A stretch of 64,000 nt of DNA. Origin: an uncultured delta proteobacterium (GTDB lineage: Bacteria > Desulfobacterota > Binatia > UBA9968). Under the pieces are notes generated by a model. The model saw only the letters and a list, made by a program, of their open reading frames with translations, ran no database searches and was not told where the DNA came from. The first letter of the stretch is position 1. Every line of letters begins with the position of its first letter. The translations under genes were made by a program, and so were the position numbers. This document shows, one piece after another, positions 1 to 9,825 of the stretch. Location: contig CAVSLC010000014.1 in assembly GCA_963728565.1 (NCBI GenBank), positions 32,001 through 96,000 on the forward strand. The letters run 5' to 3'.

Positions 1-832
1 GCGCCCGGCCAGCCCGGCGCGCAACTGAATTGGGGTTGGGCGTGGCCGGCCAACCGCCGCATCATGTACAACCGCGCTTCCGCCGATCCCGACTGGCAAG
101 CCATGGAGCGAAAAGAAAAAATGGGTATGGTGGGATGCGGAGCAGAAAAGATGGGCCGGCTACGATGTGCCGGACTATATCGCGACCAAACCGCCTAACG
201 ACAAAGCGAAGCCGGGCGCAGCGGGCATGGATGCGCTTCCCGGAACCGCTCCTTTCATCATGCGGCCGGACGGCCTGGGTTGGCTCTTCGTGCCGGCGGG
301 CTTGGTGGATGGCCCGCTGCCGACACACTACGAGCCGGTCGAGTCGCCGGTCAACAATTCGCTCTACAAGCAGCAGAATAGCCCGGTGTTCAAATACTGG
401 AAGGATACCGGCAACGAGCTGGCGAAGATGGGCGACCCGAAGTTCCCCTACGTGATGACGACCTATCGTCTGACCGAGCACTATCTGGCGGGCGGCATGA
501 GCCGCTGGCTGCCGTGGCTCAACCGAGCTGCAGCCCGAACTCTTCGTCGAGATCAGTCCCGAGCTGGCTCAGGAGAAAGGCATCAAGAATCTCGACTGGT
601 GCAGAATCTCCAGCCCGCGCACGCAGATCCGCGCCAAGGCGCTGGTCACGCGGCGGATGCGGCCATTCAATATCGACGGCAAAGTCATTCACCAGGTCGG
701 CATGCCCTGGCACTGGGGTTATGAAGGGCTGTCCACCGGCGACGTCGTCAACGAGTTGACTCCTTGATCGCCGATCCGAACGTTTCGATGCACGAAGGGA
801 AGGCTTTCGTCTGCAACGTCGAAAAAGCATGA
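1..832 (+). CDS. fdnG: Formate dehydrogenase alpha (molybdopterin) subunit, C-terminal part; runs off window start; apparent frameshifts
   Basis: Stitched frames give WAWPANRRIMYNRASAD...GPLPTHYEPVESP...TTYRLTEH...GMPWHWGY...FVCNVEKA, typical of the FdnG/FdoG C-terminus. Indels near 95, 520 and 765. Confidence 0.9.
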
Positions 833-922
833 AAGCCGTGATCGTGCTCGTGACATTTTGCTCCTCGGAAGCAATCAGCACGGAACACGTTGGGGGCGGT
901 CAGGCTAGGAAGGGAGATGAAC

Positions 923-1721
923 ATGGCTGAACCAATGGGATTTTACACCGATACGACGGTCTGCATCGGCTGCAAAGCCTGCGAAGTCGCCTGCAAAGAA
1001 TGGAATCAACTGCCCAGCACCAACGGTGGTCAGAATACCTTGAGCGGCGACAGCTATGACAACACCCGCCAGCCTCGACGGCATCCACTGGCGCCATGTG
1101 AAATTCGTCGAGCAGTTCACCGAGGACCGCAAGGACGGCCGCTGGCTGCTGATGAGCGACGTGTGCAAGCACTGTGTGCAAGCCGCCTGCCTCGAGGTCT
1201 GCCCGACCGGCGCGATCATGCGAACCGAGTTCGATACGGTGGTCATTCAGTCCGACGCCTGCAACGGCTGCCGGGATTGCATCGCGGCCTGCCCGTTCGG
1301 CGTCATTGATATCAATCCGGTCTCCGGGACCGCCCAGAAGTGCACGCTTTGCTATGACCGGCTGCAGAGTCGGCATGGAGCCGGCTTGCTCCAAAGCCTG
1401 CCCGACCGATTCGATTCAGTTCGGCACGATCAAGGATCTGCGCGGCAGAGCGCAAAAAAGGGTGGAGCAGCTGCAACAAGGCGGCGAGAAACGCGCCTAT
1501 CTTTACGGCGCCGACGAAAAGATGTTGGCGGGCTTAATTCATTTTACCTGCTGGTGGACAAACCGGAAGTGTATGGACTGCCGCCGGACCCGAAGATGCC
1601 GACGCGCAATCTCGTTTCCGGTTCGCTCTTTTCGATGCTCGGCGCCGTTTTGGTCGGTTTAATCGGCATATTTAATTTCCGCAATCGCGGCGCGCGCGCG
1701 CGCGAGGAGACCCAGCCATGA
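923..1721 (+). CDS. fdnH: Formate dehydrogenase beta (4Fe-4S) subunit with C-terminal TM anchor; frameshifted
   Basis: Four Cys clusters (CIGCKACEVAC, CKHC..AACLEVCP, CNGCRDCIAACP, KCTLCYDR..PACSKACP) spread over ORFs 890, 1056 and 1174; hydrophobic C-terminal helix. Confidence 0.88.
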
Positions 1722-2625
1722 ATGGCATTCCTTCCAGCACCTACTTTACCGTTCCGCCCGATTGGGGTTGGCTGATTGTTTTTTACTTTTTTTTCGGCGG
1801 CCTCGCCGGCGGCTGTTATTTTATCGCTGTGTTGATCGATTTTTTCGGCAGGCCGGAAGATCGCCCGCTGGCGCGACTCGGCTATCTCATCTCGTTTCCC
1901 TGCCTCATCATAAGCGGCATCCTCTTGACGGTTGATCTGTATCGGCCGGAACGCTTCTGGCACATGCTGATCGAGTCCAATACATTCCAGCCGATGTTCA
2001 AATACTGGTCGCCAATGTCGGTAGGCTCCTGGGCGCTTTTGATATTCGGGATATTTTCTTTTCTATCTTTTCTCGGAGCGCTAGCTGAAAGCGGCCGAGT
2101 AACCTGGTCTGCGGCGCGCAGGTTGCGCCCGCCGGGGACAATCGGCGGCATCATTGCGATTATCGGCGGGCTCTTCTGCTTTTTATGTTGCCGGTTACAC
2201 GGGAGTGCTTCTGGCGGTGACCAACCGTCCGATCTGGTCGGACTCCCCGCTGCTTGGGGATGCTTTTTGTCGTCTCGGCGGCATCGATCTCGGCGGCATT
2301 GATGATTTTGCTTGCCGAGCGCAACCGCTGGACCATGCCCGGCCTCGCCGATTTGCACCGGATGGACATCTGGGTCCTCGCGCTGGAACTCATCGTCTTG
2401 ATCGCCTTCTTGATTTCACTCGGTCCGGTATTCCGCGCCTGGTTTAGCGTCTGGGGCGTGGTGCTTTTGTTGGGTGTTGTCGTGCTTGGAATGCTCGTGC
2501 CGCTATCGCTGTCGTGGCGCCGGCAGTGGCTCGGGGGTCTCAATGCCACGGCCAGCGCGGCGCTGGTGCTGATCGGCGGCTTTATTCTCCGCATGGCGAT
2601 CGTGCTCGGTGCCGAGGCAGTATGA
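1718..2625 (+). CDS. NrfD/PsrC-family polytopic membrane anchor; frameshifted
   Basis: WGWLIVFYFFFGGLAGG, DLYRPERFWH, SPMSVGSW and YTGVLL..TNRPIW are NrfD-family hallmarks; split over ORFs 1718, 2154 and 2254. Confidence 0.85.
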
Positions 2626-2626
2626 C

Positions 2627-2855
2627 ATGAAGTTAGCGTTGTTGATGATCATTACGGCCGTTGTAACTGCTGGCTGCACAAGCCCGGAGGTGAGCCGTAG
2701 CCGCGGCGGTGGGCCGGGTGCCGATTGGGTAATCGAGGTTCAATCGTGCGCATGCACGAAGGCTCCCATCCCTTTGAAAAAACACCAAAAATTATCGGTG
2801 CCAAGCATCCGCCTCTGAATCCGCGCGCCAAGCTAGCGAGTTTGACCGTCGATGA
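2627..2855 (+). CDS. Small putative lipoprotein of unknown function; frameshifted
   Basis: MKLALLMIITAVVTAG-C is a signal peptide plus lipobox. Stitched continuation SPEVSRSRGGGPGAD.GNRGSIVRMHEGSHPFEKTP ends at a TGA overlapping the fdhE ATG (ATGA at 2852). Confidence 0.55.
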
Positions 2856-3721
2856 CGGTGAACGACATTCAGGCTCTTGCTCGCGAGTACCCGGATTGGC
2901 AGCCGTGGCTCCTGGTCGTCGACGCAGTGATGTGCGAAGCGACCGATCCAAGCTGGGAAACGTGGGTTCCCAGCGGCGGAATCTCAGGCCGCTCATGTGC
3001 CACTACTAGCGGGAGCCATAACGGCGGACATCGGCAAAGTTCGCCGCTGGCAAGAACATCTCCTACAAACCGCGGCCCGAAGCGGCGCACCTAAAATGTC
3101 GCCGCTCAAGGTCTTCGCAAAAACTGCAATGAACACTGCGGCGATTTTTGAAGCGGCCTTGTGTGAGAATGGCGCGGGGCTGAAGCAGGTGGCGGATGAC
3201 CTGGGTGTGGATCCCGACCCGTTTTCCGCCGTTACGCCTTGATCCCCATGCCTTTTCTGCACGCCTGCAACCGGCGCTGGCAAGGATCGCGAGCACCGGG
3301 GTGGACGGCAGGCTATTGTCCCACATGCGGCGCGTGGCCGGCTTTTGCCGAAATGCGAGGTATAGAACGAAGCCGCTACTTGCGCTGCGGCCGTTGCGGC
3401 GCCGAGTGGCAGGCGCATGGTTTATTTTGCTTTTTGCGGCAATAGCGACCATAAAGAACTTGGATCGCTTCTGCCGGAAAAGTCCGGCTCTACCCGCGCC
3501 ATCGATACCTGTAACCGCTGTCGCGGCTATCTCAAGACATTCACCAAACTGCAGGGCAGCGCTCCAACCAAGATAATGTTGGACGATCTCGCCAGCGTCG
3601 ACTTAGACATTGCGGCGTTGGAGCAAGGCTTCAAACGGCCGGCGGGACCCGGTTACGCTCTGAATAGTAAAGTGGTAGCCAAGCCGAGTTTGGGCAGCGG
3701 ATTTTTGGCCCGAGCGTATGA
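2852..3721 (+). CDS. fdhE: Formate dehydrogenase maturation protein FdhE; frameshifted
   Basis: GYCPTCGAWP..AE, RYLRCGRCGAEW, C.FCGN, C..CRGYLKT and DDLASVDLD motifs across ORFs 2852, 2997, 3239 and 3417. Confidence 0.88.
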
Positions 3722-4073
3722 GTCAATCGATCCTTCGTCCCGCGTGGGTGTGCAAAGCTTTGCTGGCGGCACTCGAGGCCTCGGAAGGAAGGCGACGCAG
3801 CCGCAAACGCGACCAAACCCCTGACGACATCGGCTTGACATTCAAGCGGGAGTTGCTCGAACAGGCCGTCAGAGACGATCCGGAGCCGGAAGCTTTCGAA
3901 CAATGGCTGCTCGACTACACAGCCATCCATGATTCGGCCGGCGGGATCTTGCGATGGCGAGAGCGGTTTTTGAAGAATGGCGGCTGGCTCATTCTATGGG
4001 TGAATTTAAATCCTGGCTCGAACAGGGCGCTCCATCCGACGATGCCAGTGAAGACTCCTCGTCCCGGCACTAA
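3718..4073 (+). CDS. Conserved-looking hypothetical protein translationally coupled to fdhE
   Basis: LRPAWVCKALLAALEASEGRRRSRKRDQTPDDIGL.FKRELLE..V.DDPEPE.FE.WL. After an indel near 3950 it continues AMARAVFEEWRLAH...WLEQGAPSDDA to TAA at 4071-4073. Confidence 0.65.
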
Positions 4074-4108
4074 ACCAACAACACGAATCCGCAAAAGGAC
4101 GTCTCTAG

Positions 4109-4636
4109 TTGCCAAAAGCCGCACCTCCAGACCTGCGCGAAAAAATATCCAGCGTCTTTACCCGCATCGAAGATGTGACATACGTCGGCCTCGGCGTTTT
4201 GACTGGCGGTCAGCGCGTTAGTACTTCTTTTTGCCGCCGCATGGTCGTTGATCGAGGGGCTTTCTTCTCCGGTCCTGCAAAAGATCTCACCGTCGATGTC
4301 CTCGATCAAATTCTTCTGGTGTTGATGATCATCGAGATCCTTTCTACCGTCCAGGTATCGTTTCGCGAGCATGTACTGACACCCGAGCCATTCCTGGTCG
4401 TCGGTTTGATCGCCGCCATTCGGCGCATCCTCATTATCACCGCCGAATTTTCCAGTCCATCTGAAATCCTCGAAGCTGCTTTCCGAAACGCCATGTTCGA
4501 ATTGGGTCTGTTAACGGTTTTGATATTTTCCCTGGTATTTTCTCTGTACTTCCTCAAAAAGAATCGAGCCGGCCAGCGTCGAACGCGAGTGATTGTCCCC
4601 GACACGTCGCGAGTCAAACTTTTCCCGCCAATGTAA
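4109..4636 (+). CDS. PsiE-like (phosphate-starvation-inducible) membrane protein
   Basis: LDQILLVLMIIEILSTV and EPFLVVGLIAAIRRILII match the PsiE-family pattern; about 4 TM segments; start uncertain. Confidence 0.75.
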   Translation: MPKAAPPDLREKISSVFTRIEDVTYVGLGVLTGGQRVSTSFCRRMVVDRGAFFSGPAKDLTVDVLDQILLVLMIIEILSTVQVSFREHVLTPEPFLVVGLIAAIRRILIITAEFSSPSEILEAAFRNAMFELGLLTVLIFSLVFSLYFLKKNRAGQRRTRVIVPDTSRVKLFPPM

Positions 4637-4997
4637 GTTGCCTCGCTCTGCCGCCGCGGAACTAGTCGCGTACCGGTTGGCGCTGTGCTTTTATCCATAG
4701 CGGTGAGCCTATCCATTTAATCTTGTTCAACCGGCTAATTTGGGATACATACCTGCCGAGCAATCTATCCACAGTATAGCCGATGTAAAGTCAGTTGCGG
4801 CAACGGAGAATTAAGTTGGAAACGAGTGGTTATCTGGGCGGCGCGACGATTTGATGATCGTTTTTGGCTCCGGGCTTCCAGCGCCTCAGAGCAAATGTTT
4901 AGCGTCACAATTGCCTGCACCCGCGACCTTAATGATGGGAGTTGCCAAAAGAGATGATCCTCGAAAGCGGAAGGCATAGATAAACGGGAGGTATTTT

Positions 4998-5892
4998 ACG
5001 GCGCAATCTTGGTTTTGTCGGACTCGGCGTGATGGGCAGCCGCATGGTCAAGCGGCTGCTCGATGCCGGCCACTCGGTAACGGGCTATAACCGAACCCGC
5101 GCCAAAGCCCAATGGCTTCTCGACACCGGCATGAAGTGGGCCGAAACTCCGCGCGCCGTCGCAGACTCCGCTGACGTCGTTTTCTCAATGGTCTCCGATA
5201 CTGCGGCACTGCAAGCGATCACCGCAGGAACTCATGGCATCGTCGCTGGACTTGCCGCCGGTAAAATCTACGTCGATATGAGCACGGTAAGCCCTGCTGC
5301 CAGCCGTGACATCGCCCGGCAGGTCGCAGCTAAAGGAGCGCATATGCTCGATGCGCCGGTTTCGGGCAGCGTCATTACCTTGGAAGAGGGCAAGCTATCG
5401 TTCATGGTCGGCGGCGATCGCGTCGCCTTTGAACGGGTGCTACCGATTCTCGAAGCGATCGGACCAAAGGTCACTTACGTCGGCGGCAATGGATTGGCAG
5501 TCTCCATGAAAATTGCCACCAATCTCAGCCTGGCCGTGCAAATGCTTGCCTTTAGCGAAGGAGTGCTGCTGGCGGAGAAGAGCGGCATTACACGGGAGAC
5601 CGCCGTGGAAGTTCTCCTCAACAGCGTTATCGCCTCGCCGATGGTGAAATACCGCGGGCCGTTTGTCTTGAACATGCCCGAAGAAGCCTGGTTCGATGTG
5701 AACATGATGCAGAAGGATCTACTCCTCGCTTTAGAGATGGGTATTAAGCTGGATGTGCCGCTGCCGACTACAGCGATTACCAATCAGATGCTCACGAGCG
5801 CGCGCGCCGCAGGGCTCGCCGAAAAAGATTTCGCGATTTTGTTTGACGTGCTGTCCAAGATGGCCGGGGCGAAGAGTGGCGGAATGGACTAA
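4998..5892 (+). CDS. NAD(P)-dependent beta-hydroxyacid dehydrogenase (2-hydroxy-3-oxopropionate reductase / 3-hydroxyisobutyrate dehydrogenase family)
   Basis: Upstream in-frame NLGFVGLGVMG (GxGxxG), DMSTVSP, DAPVSG, MKIATN. RBS GGGAGG at 4986. The start appears damaged (ACG plus an extra base at 4998-5004). Confidence 0.88.
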
Positions 5893-5914
5893 CGGGTTAG
5901 GAGATCTTTGCATC

Positions 5915-5936
5915 ACTCCAACACTCCATTACTCCA
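5915..5936. repeat. Three ACTCCA units with 8-bp period, intergenic
   Basis: actcca at 5915, 5923 and 5931. Confidence 0.6.
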
Positions 5937-5956
5937 AGGCCTATGACGATACCCCG

Positions 5957-6964
5957 ATGGCGCGATCCAAAAAAGACAAAGTAAAGCCAACAAAAAGCGC
6001 CGCGGCTCACGATGAACGGTGGATTCATTTCTATCGGCAAATGGTGAAGATCCGTCGCTTCGAGGAAGAGGTCAATCAACTCTATCTCGGCGCCAAGATG
6101 CCCGGCCTTGCCCACTTGTATATCGGCCAGGAGGCGATGGCCGTGGGCGTCTGTGAAGCGCTGCGGCGCGACGACTATATAACCAGCACGCACCGGGGCC
6201 ATGGCCACTGCCTAGCCAAGGGCGCCGCTGTGGACAGGATGTTTGCCGAACTGCTCGGCAAAGAGGCCGGATACTGCCGCGGCAAAGGCGGCTCCATGCA
6301 CATTGCCGATCAAGAGACCGGCAACCTGGGCGCCAACGCAATCGTCGGCGGCAGCGCCGCGATGGCCACTGGCGCGGGCCTATCGATAAAGATGCGCAGC
6401 ACCGATCAAGTGGCGATCTGTTTTTTCGGCGACGGCGCTCTAGGACAAGGACTGCTCTACGAGGCGATGAATATGGCATCGCTGTGGAAACTGCCGGTCA
6501 TCTACGTTTGCGAGAACAATCAATACAACGAATATACCAATTATCGAGAGACCACCGCCGGCGAAGTATCGGCCCGCGCCGAAGCTTTTGGCATTCACAG
6601 CCGAACCATCGATGGTCAGGACGTGCGCATGGTGCACGCTACCAGTCTCGAACTAGTCAAGCGCGCCCGGCGCGGTGACGGGCCGGCATTCTTACACTGC
6701 AACACTTACCGTTTCCACGGTCACCATGTGGGTGACATCGATCGCTCCTACTACCGATCCAAGAGGGAAGAAGAAGATTGGAAGACCCGGCGCGATCCGG
6801 TAATTCTCCTTGGGGATTGGCTGCAGAAAAACAAATTGGCCGATAGGAGCCTGTTACAAACAGTCGATAACGAAGTTTCGCAAGAGATCATCAGCGCGGT
6901 GAACTTCGCTTTGGCGGCTCCTTTTCCCGCGGCCGACGAGGTAGACCAGCATGTCTACGCCTAG
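5957..6964 (+). CDS. ThDP-dependent dehydrogenase E1 alpha (acetoin/pyruvate dehydrogenase-like)
   Basis: HLYIGQEA, STHRGHGH, GKGGSMH, GDGA...ENN and TYRFHGH motifs. Confidence 0.92.
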   Translation: MARSKKDKVKPTKSAAAHDERWIHFYRQMVKIRRFEEEVNQLYLGAKMPGLAHLYIGQEAMAVGVCEALRRDDYITSTHRGHGHCLAKGAAVDRMFAELLGKEAGYCRGKGGSMHIADQETGNLGANAIVGGSAAMATGAGLSIKMRSTDQVAICFFGDGALGQGLLYEAMNMASLWKLPVIYVCENNQYNEYTNYRETTAGEVSARAEAFGIHSRTIDGQDVRMVHATSLELVKRARRGDGPAFLHCNTYRFHGHHVGDIDRSYYRSKREEEDWKTRRDPVILLGDWLQKNKLADRSLLQTVDNEVSQEIISAVNFALAAPFPAADEVDQHVYA

Positions 6965-8040
6965 GACTCCGGCAGCGTCTCCTCGCCGATGGGCAGAGGG
7001 AAAGAATGCTGGGAACCCATCACAGGCGACCAGCGCAAGTATCAAGCCCAGCCGCGAGATCACCTTCAGCCAAGCCATCAACGAGGCGCTATCCGAGGAG
7101 ATGCGCCGCGACCCGGCTGTGTTTATCATCGGTGAAGATGTCGCCGAGGCCGGAACACCGTTCAAAGTATTATCGGGACTGGTCGGGGAATTCGGCACTC
7201 AGCGGGTTATCGATTCGCCGATTTCAGAAGCGGGCATCAGCGGTATCGGCGTTGGCGCCGCTATGACTGGAATGCGGCCTGTGGTGGATATCATGTTCGG
7301 CGATTTCTTGACCTTGACGATGGATCAGCTGGTCAATCAGGCAGCGAAAATTCACTATATGTCCGGCGGCAAGCTTAAAGTGCCAATGGTGCTACGAACG
7401 ACTTTAGGCGCAACCCGCCGCTCAGCGGCGCAGCACAGCCAGAGCCTTCACGCCTGGGTCAGTCATGTTCCCGGATTGAAAGTCGTCGTGCCGTCGACGC
7501 CCTACGATGCCAAGGGTCTGCTCAAAAGCGCCATTCGCGATGACAATCCGGTCGTCTTCTTCGAGGACAAAATGATGTACCAGCTGAAAGGGCCAGTCCC
7601 GGCCGAGGAATACACGATCCCGTTGGGAGTGGCTGATATCAAGCGCGCCGGCAACGATATCACGCTGGTGGCAACCAGCAGCATGGTGCATGTCGCCCTG
7701 GCGGCGGCGGCAGTGTTGGCAAGTGACGGGATTCAGCGCCGAAGTTATCGATGTCAGGACGACCGCGCCGCTGGACACAGACACCCTCGTTCAATCGGCC
7801 AAAAAAACCAGCCGCGCCATCGTCATCGACGAAGGTTATGAGAACTACGGTGTCACGGCAGAAATTGCTTCGGTGATCGCCGACGGCGCCTTTTACTATC
7901 TCGACGCGCCCGTCAAGCGCATGGGCGCCATGAATGTGCCGGTGCCGTTTTCGCCCGTGCTTGAAGATCAAACCGTGCCGACAACCGAATCGGTCGCTGG
8001 GGTGGCAAAGAAACTGTGCAACAAACAGGCGACAGAGTAA
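6951..8040 (+). CDS. E1 beta subunit (transketolase C-terminal domain); frameshift near 7735
   Basis: GEDV, DSPISEAG, GMRPVVDIMF, AAQHSQS; continues in ORF 7690 (AEVIDVRT..PLD, DAPVKR, VPVPFSPVLE). Confidence 0.9.
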
Positions 8041-8046
8041 GAAATG

Positions 8047-8200
8047 GTTCAAGCCGTTCAAATGGTTCAAAATGTTCAAACCGTCCGAAAACCAAAATCC
8101 GACCCGAAGCTATTGGGACTCATTCACGTCTGAAGCAATGTGGAACGCCTTTAGTGCCTTTAACAGCTTGAACGATTTGAACGGCTTGAACTTTTTGAAC
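8047..8200. repeat. Inverted pair of 9-bp-period tandem arrays (4x GTTCAA ... 4x TTGAAC)
   Basis: gttcaa at 8047/8056/8065/8074; ttgaac at 8168/8177/8186/8195. Confidence 0.85.
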
Positions 8201-8221
8201 AGTTTTGTGTGGGAGTCACTC

Positions 8222-9538
8222 ATGGGTTTGAAAACCTTCGGTCTAATGGCCGTGGATTGGGAAGAGCGGGTCAATATCGAGCGGCTGCGGCAGGAGCGGC
8301 TGGCGCGGGTGAAAAATGCGCTGAAGAAATCCGAAATCGGCGCGCTGCTCTGTTTCGATATGAACAACATTCGCTATATCACCGCGACGCATATCGGCAC
8401 TTGGGCGATGGACAAACTGGTGCGCTTCTCACTGTTGCCGCAGGACGATGACCCGATCCTATGGGACTTCGGCTCGGCGGCTCGGCACCATCAAATTTAC
8501 TGCCCCTGGCTGGGCGAACGGTCGCGCGCCGGCATCTCGACCTTGCGCGGCGCAACTAATCCGGGCTCCGGATTGGCCGAAGACGTGGCGAAGAAAATCC
8601 GCCTCGAGCTGGAGCAGCGCAAGCTCTTGAATGAGCCGGTCGGAGTCGATGTTATCGAGATTCCCGTGCTGTTTGCCTTGCAGTCGCAGGGCATCAAGGT
8701 TGTCGATGGCCAGCAACTCATGCACGAAGTACGAAAGATCAAAACTCAAGATGAAATAACCTTGCTCAACACCGCGACGATGATGGTGGATGCGGCTTAC
8801 GACGAGCTTTATCGATTCATGAAGCCGGGAGTGAAGGAAAACGAATGCGTCGGAGTGGTGAGCAAGGTACTTTACGATCTCGGCTCCGAGCATGTTGAAG
8901 GCGTCAACGCGATCTCGGGAGAACGCTGCAGTCCCCATCCGCACGTCTACACCGATCGCGTCCTCCGGCCTGGTGATCCGGCCTTTTTCGACATTTTGCA
9001 CAGCTTCAATGGTTATCGCACCTGCTACTATCGAACTTTCGCCGTCGGCAGCGCGTCGCCGGCGATGGTCGACGCCTACAAGCGCTGCCGCGACTACATG
9101 GACGCGGCGATCAGCATCGTCAAGCCGGGAATCACCACCGCAGATGTCGTCAAGCTCTGGCCCAGGGCAGAGGAATTCGGCTTTGCCAACGAAGAGGCGG
9201 CCTTTGCGTTGCAGTACGGCCATGGGGTTGGCTTATCGATTTGGGAAAAACCGATTTTCAGCCGGCTCGTTTCATTGGACCATCCTGAGGTCATCGAAGA
9301 AGGCATGGTGTTCGCCCTGGAAACCTATTGGCCGGCAAGCGATGGCTGGTCGGCAGCACGTCTCGAAGAAGAAGTGGTGGTGACCAAAGACGGCTGCGAA
9401 ATCATCACACGATTTCCATCGGAGAAGCTGCTGGTTGCCGGCACTCACTACTTCACTGCCGGCGGAGAGTTGCCGACCACGCGGGAAACGCAGTCGGCAT
9501 TGAATAACCCCGGCGCGCTGGAACGGATAAGGGGTTAG
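8222..9538 (+). CDS. M24 family (Xaa-Pro peptidase/creatinase-like) hydrolase
   Basis: RKIKTQDEI, FDILHSFNGYRTCYYRT, HGVG, ALET, RLEE; RBS GGGAG upstream of the ATG at 8222. Confidence 0.85.
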   Translation: MGLKTFGLMAVDWEERVNIERLRQERLARVKNALKKSEIGALLCFDMNNIRYITATHIGTWAMDKLVRFSLLPQDDDPILWDFGSAARHHQIYCPWLGERSRAGISTLRGATNPGSGLAEDVAKKIRLELEQRKLLNEPVGVDVIEIPVLFALQSQGIKVVDGQQLMHEVRKIKTQDEITLLNTATMMVDAAYDELYRFMKPGVKENECVGVVSKVLYDLGSEHVEGVNAISGERCSPHPHVYTDRVLRPGDPAFFDILHSFNGYRTCYYRTFAVGSASPAMVDAYKRCRDYMDAAISIVKPGITTADVVKLWPRAEEFGFANEEAAFALQYGHGVGLSIWEKPIFSRLVSLDHPEVIEEGMVFALETYWPASDGWSAARLEEEVVVTKDGCEIITRFPSEKLLVAGTHYFTAGGELPTTRETQSALNNPGALERIRG

Positions 9539-9663
9539 GAGGGTGCTGAAAAGACCCATCTGCTTCGTTGCACTCGCCCGACTCGCTTCAACGTACTGAA
9601 GCGTACGCCTCAGCTTGTCGGACTTCGCGCGCCTGGCATCTGAGATCTTTTTGAGCAGCCTGC
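9538..9663. mobile_element. Short palindromic MITE/REP-like element
   Basis: Imperfect terminal inverted repeats: left GGAGGGTGCTGAAAAGACCCATCTGC versus reverse complement of right end GCAGGCTGCTCAAAAAGATCTCAGATGC. Central CGTAC-TGAAGC-GTACG hairpin; non-coding. Confidence 0.6.
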
Positions 9664-9788
9664 AAAAAGAGTTTTGGAGCTTGTTAGATTTGACTCTTTG
9701 TGATCGGACTACCGCTTGTACGTCTTCAACAATGGAGCCGTTGGAATGATTAAAACGATTGGAACAGTGTGTCTTTCCGGATTGGACG

Positions 9789-9818
9789 TTGAACTATTGA
9801 ACCTTTGAACTGTTGAAC
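9789..9818. repeat. 4x TTGAAC tandem array, 8-bp period
   Basis: ttgaac at 9789, 9797, 9805 and 9813, immediately before the E2 start. Confidence 0.8.
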
Positions 9819-9825
9819 TGAATTT

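Noticed and set aside
1-832. Selenocysteine recoding or programmed frameshifting in the FDH genes
   Set aside because: The Sec/Cys site lies upstream of the window. The breaks here are scattered single-base indels without slippery-site or SECIS context, best explained as sequencing error.
4691-4773. Replication origin
   Set aside because: Only imperfect DnaA-like boxes, with no AT-rich unwinding element and no dnaA, dnaN or gidA context.
8047-8200. CRISPR array
   Set aside because: Units are 6-bp cores with 2-3 bp spacers, far too short, and there are no cas genes in the window.
7934-8221. N-terminal extension of the M24 ORF (KWFKPFKWFKMFK...LNDLNGLNFLN)
   Set aside because: It is a translation of the 9-bp DNA repeat arrays; the RBS and ATG at 8222 mark the likely start.
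8459-9223. Long antisense ORFs (here and at 15130, 18679, 61477 and others)
   Set aside because: They are shadows of well-supported genes on the opposite strand in GC-rich DNA and have no recognisable motifs.
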